Source: an uncultured Acidobacteriota bacterium (GTDB lineage Bacteria > Acidobacteriota > Vicinamibacteria > Vicinamibacterales > CAVPJW01). From it: a stretch of DNA of 64,000 bases. The notes under the pieces are model-generated. The model worked only from the letters and a program-made list of their open reading frames with translations. It made no database searches and was not told the DNA's origin. Position 1 is the first letter of the stretch, and each line of letters begins with the position of its first letter. Positions 61,105-64,000 of the stretch are shown here, one piece after another. The DNA is taken from positions 103,725 to 167,724 of the forward strand of contig CAWGYQ010000007.1 of the NCBI GenBank assembly GCA_963826865.1, in the 5' to 3' direction. A program made the translations under genes and the position numbers.

Positions 61105-64000
61105 CTAGAAGTCATAGCCGACCCAGATATAGAACTGCGGGCGGCGGAACTCCTCGCTGCCGCCGTTGGCGGCAAACAGGGCATCCTCCCACTGGCGGTT
61201 GAAGAGCGTTCGCCATGACCAGTCGAAGTGAATCGGGAATCCTAGGGCGAAGGTTTCCAGCCCGATCCCGTAAGAGGCTCGACCGTCCCGCAGGCGGAAG
61301 CCGTCGATGAGCACGGGAGGCCCCTGCACCTCGACCGGAATGCCATTCGCATCGAGGTTGTAGCCGATAATGGGCGTGAAAATCTCGTTATCGGACGTGT
61401 AGAACTTCAGATCCTGCTGATCGAAGCCGGCCATGCCTGCATTGAAGAACAAGACGCCGCGAATGCCGCCCATAATCCCAATCGGAGTGAGCATGGCCTC
61501 GATGAGCGGGAATCGCAGCTCAGCGTTGCCGAAGAAGGCGTCCTGTCCCAGGAACTCGAGGTACTCGTACCCGCGCATCTCGGAGTTGCCGCCGAAATAC
61601 ATGAAGTCGGGAGCCTCGCCCCAGCTCTTGAACCCGCGAGCCCGGAGCGCCAGGAGCCCGCTGCCACCGAGACGCAAATAGTACCGCGCGTCCACATCGG
61701 CCGTCTGGCGCGACAGGACGCTCCCCATGTCCGGCGAAACCTCGTAGGAGAGTCGCACGGTGTTACCGGCCAGCGGGCCGAACTCGCGGAACACGGTGGT
61801 TTCCTGGATGAACGACACGCCGAGCGGGACGAAGGTGCCGTTTCGGAAGAGGACCGCGCCGTAGGTATCGAGCTGATACTGCTGGGAGTAGGCTTCGAGC
61901 GACGGATCGTTGAACTCCTCGTTGTAGTTCACGATGCCGGCCGACAGCTCCAGGCGCCGATACCGATTGAAGGGATGGATGCCAAAAGCCGTGCCCCCAC
62001 GCATCGTGCGCGTCGCTTGTGCCAGGTCGCGATCGATGATGCCCGCAAACGCCGGGTCGTAGAACAATCCCGATTGCTGTCCGTAGAAGAACTGCGTTTG
62101 CGAGAAGCCCTGGAGGGCGTACTGCAACCGGCGCGACAGGTTCACGTAGGAGAACGACAGGGTGCGGTACTGCGAGATGGACGCCGCGAACATGTTGAAC
62201 TGCTGATCCCCGAGCACGTCGCTGAAGGAAATCTGGGTTCCGCCGAACACGTTTCCGCCCGAGGTGACACCGAGACCTACCGGCGGACGGCCGTCGAGGA
62301 ACATTTTCTCGAACTTCCCCTTCTTGTGCTTGTTGTCGGCGATGAGCGTGTGCTGCAGCGGCGCCTGGAAGTCGATGACGGGCCCCGGGGCGCCGAAGTC
62401 GGCCGACGAGGCGGTGATGAGCGGCTCGCGGCGTTCGAGCACGTGCAGCCCGTACTCGCTCTTGTCATAGCTCACGAACGCGATGCGCGGGGGCGTGCCG
62501 GCGAGAACCACCGGGGACGCATTGCCGCCCAGTGCATCGGTCCATTGCCGGAGCTCGCCGGTCTTGAGATTGAGGGTCCAGATGTTGTAGATGTTGCCGT
62601 TCCGGGCGATTTCGGCGTCGATCGGCGTCGCCGGATCGGTCGCGGTCGAGGGGAAGACGATCGTTTCGGCGTCCAGGAACTGCGCGCCGCCGTCGTCGTG
62701 CGTGCCGAATGTGATTTGGGTCTTCTGCTTGGTGTCGAAGTCGAATCGAAAGAGCTTCTGATTGCCGCTGATACGGGCCGCATACACGAGGTAGGTGCCG
62801 TCGGGCGAGTGGGTCGGCGCGAAGTCGAAGAATTCGTCCTGTGTGAGGTTGGTGATCGCGCTCGTCTCCAGATCGACGAGAAAAATGTCGCCCACGGCAT
62901 TCTGCAAGCCGGCAAACGCGACGGTCCGTCCGTCGGGCGAGATATCCGGGGACTCCGGCTCGTCGAGGACGCGCATGGGGATCCGCTTCTCTATGCGTCC
63001 TGACACGACATTCTGCAGAATGAGCGTCCTGTCCTTTTCTGTCCTCACGAAAAAGGCGAGTCGATCGCCGCGAGGCGACCACGACATCCACGGCACCGCG
63101 TTGAACCTCGAGGGCTCGCTGGGAAAGCTGATGTACTCGAATCCCCGATCCTGATCGAAGCCGCCGGTCAGGCTCCGGACGACCGAGCCGTCTTTCGCGG
63201 AGAGCAGGACGATGTCGAGCTCGCGGTCCTTGCGGTTGCCCGTCATGGCGGCGAGCAGATCGCCCGACGGTGAGGCTTCGACCGACAAGACGCTCGAATA
63301 GCGTGACTTGCGCGGGTCCGGGGCGAGATTGCGGCCGTAGTCGGCCGGGCGCTCCTTGTCCCGGAACGGCTTGAAGCGATCCTTCAGATACTTGTCGAAC
63401 TGCTGATCGAACTCCTCCGGCTCGAGCCCGAGCGATTCCTGGTAGGCGTCCTCGCCGCCGCCGATGATGCTCTTGCGCAGCGAGAAGAGAAACTGGCGAA
63501 TCCCTTCCTTGCCCCAACGCGATTCGATGAACTCGAAGGCGGCATGGCCCAGGTTGTAGATCACGCGCGGGTTTCCGTACTCGCCGTAGCCTTGGAGCTC
63601 GCTCATCTTCGGAATGATGTCGGCCACGGCCGCATCCCGTACCGTCGCGAGGTCGGTCGGCTGCCAGTCGCCTCGTTCGTAGTCGGACAGCCCCTCGTTG
63701 ATCCAGAGCGGCATATCGCGGCGGATGAGCGAGGTGGGGATGATGTCGAACTCGAAGATGTGCGTCAGCTCGTGCACGATCAGCCCGTAGAGCCGATCGG
63801 GCGGTTCGTCGATCGGCAGCACCATGCGATTCCGAGACGGCTCGGCGAAAGCGGCCACGCCTTCCCCCGCTACGCCGGGAATGATGTTCTGCTGCTCGAA
63901 CTCGCTATGGGTGGCGAAGAGCACCAGGGGCACTTTGAACGCCAGATCGTGCTTCAGGTCAGAGCTGACTTTCTGATAGGCGCTCTCGGCGTACGAGGCG
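61105..64000 (-). CDS. very large outer-membrane protein: peptidase-MA-like (HExxH) + TolB-like beta-propeller + Omp85/surface-antigen-like barrel; 5' end outside window
   Basis: The frame stays open past 63933 to the window edge. HELTHIFEFD...WINEGLSDY. Propeller-type repeats (SPDGRTVAF, SPDGTYLVYAA, GNIYNIWTLNLKTGE). C-terminal barrel ending QFYIWVGYDF. Confidence 0.75.
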   Translation of the reverse strand, partial: ASYAESAYQKVSSDLKHDLAFKVPLVLFATHSEFEQQNIIPGVAGEGVAAFAEPSRNRMVLPIDEPPDRLYGLIVHELTHIFEFDIIPTSLIRRDMPLWINEGLSDYERGDWQPTDLATVRDAAVADIIPKMSELQGYGEYGNPRVIYNLGHAAFEFIESRWGKEGIRQFLFSLRKSIIGGGEDAYQESLGLEPEEFDQQFDKYLKDRFKPFRDKERPADYGRNLAPDPRKSRYSSVLSVEASPSGDLLAAMTGNRKDRELDIVLLSAKDGSVVRSLTGGFDQDRGFEYISFPSEPSRFNAVPWMSWSPRGDRLAFFVRTEKDRTLILQNVVSGRIEKRIPMRVLDEPESPDISPDGRTVAFAGLQNAVGDIFLVDLETSAITNLTQDEFFDFAPTHSPDGTYLVYAARISGNQKLFRFDFDTKQKTQITFGTHDDGGAQFLDAETIVFPSTATDPATPIDAEIARNGNIYNIWTLNLKTGELRQWTDALGGNASPVVLAGTPPRIAFVSYDKSEYGLHVLERREPLITASSADFGAPGPVIDFQAPLQHTLIADNKHKKGKFEKMFLDGRPPVGLGVTSGGNVFGGTQISFSDVLGDQQFNMFAASISQYRTLSFSYVNLSRRLQYALQGFSQTQFFYGQQSGLFYDPAFAGIIDRDLAQATRTMRGGTAFGIHPFNRYRRLELSAGIVNYNEEFNDPSLEAYSQQYQLDTYGAVLFRNGTFVPLGVSFIQETTVFREFGPLAGNTVRLSYEVSPDMGSVLSRQTADVDARYYLRLGGSGLLALRARGFKSWGEAPDFMYFGGNSEMRGYEYLEFLGQDAFFGNAELRFPLIEAMLTPIGIMGGIRGVLFFNAGMAGFDQQDLKFYTSDNEIFTPIIGYNLDANGIPVEVQGPPVLIDGFRLRDGRASYGIGLETFALGFPIHFDWSWRTLFNRQWEDALFAANGGSEEFRRPQFYIWVGYDF

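Overview
High-GC bacterial chromosomal segment, densely coding on both strands. I recognised no rRNA, tRNA or CRISPR array. The gene content (CarboxypepD_reg/TonB-type outer-membrane proteins, a PEP-CTERM protein, many TPR proteins) suggests an Acidobacteriota-like organism, but that is inference only. In order, the window holds: a tandem ABC-2 exporter (2 ATPases + 2 permeases); an aldehyde dehydrogenase; a TonB-dependent-type OMP; a thiolase / IPMDH-like dehydrogenase / thiolase / 3-hydroxybutyryl-CoA dehydrogenase cluster; folE; a ~2.3 kb decayed integrative remnant (tyrosine-integrase pseudogene, PEP-CTERM gene) bounded by two copies of a palindrome; a large multi-cluster radical SAM enzyme that looks Tes/GDGT-MAS-like by architecture; a broken YpdA-like flavoprotein gene and a broken AAA+ ATPase-VWA-LonN operon; a glycerophosphodiesterase; a threonine dehydratase; aceE-aceF-lpd; pheA-ilvD-ilvB-ilvN-ilvC; a UDG; lipA; aerobic benzoyl-CoA genes boxC-boxB with beta-oxidation-like genes; an M19 dipeptidase; a porin-cupredoxin-histidine kinase-sigma54 activator operon; ferredoxin-nuoB-nuoI; a TPR/retropepsin-like protease; a thioesterase; a zf-HC2 protein; and a very large peptidase-MA/beta-propeller/Omp85-like OMP that runs off the window. 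The most striking sequence-level property is about 20 or more single-base frame disruptions in otherwise well-conserved genes. They are strongly clustered (at least 11 in 23.0-27.5 kb) and almost all are of the extra-base type. All functional calls rest on motifs and family resemblance read from the translations. No database search was run.
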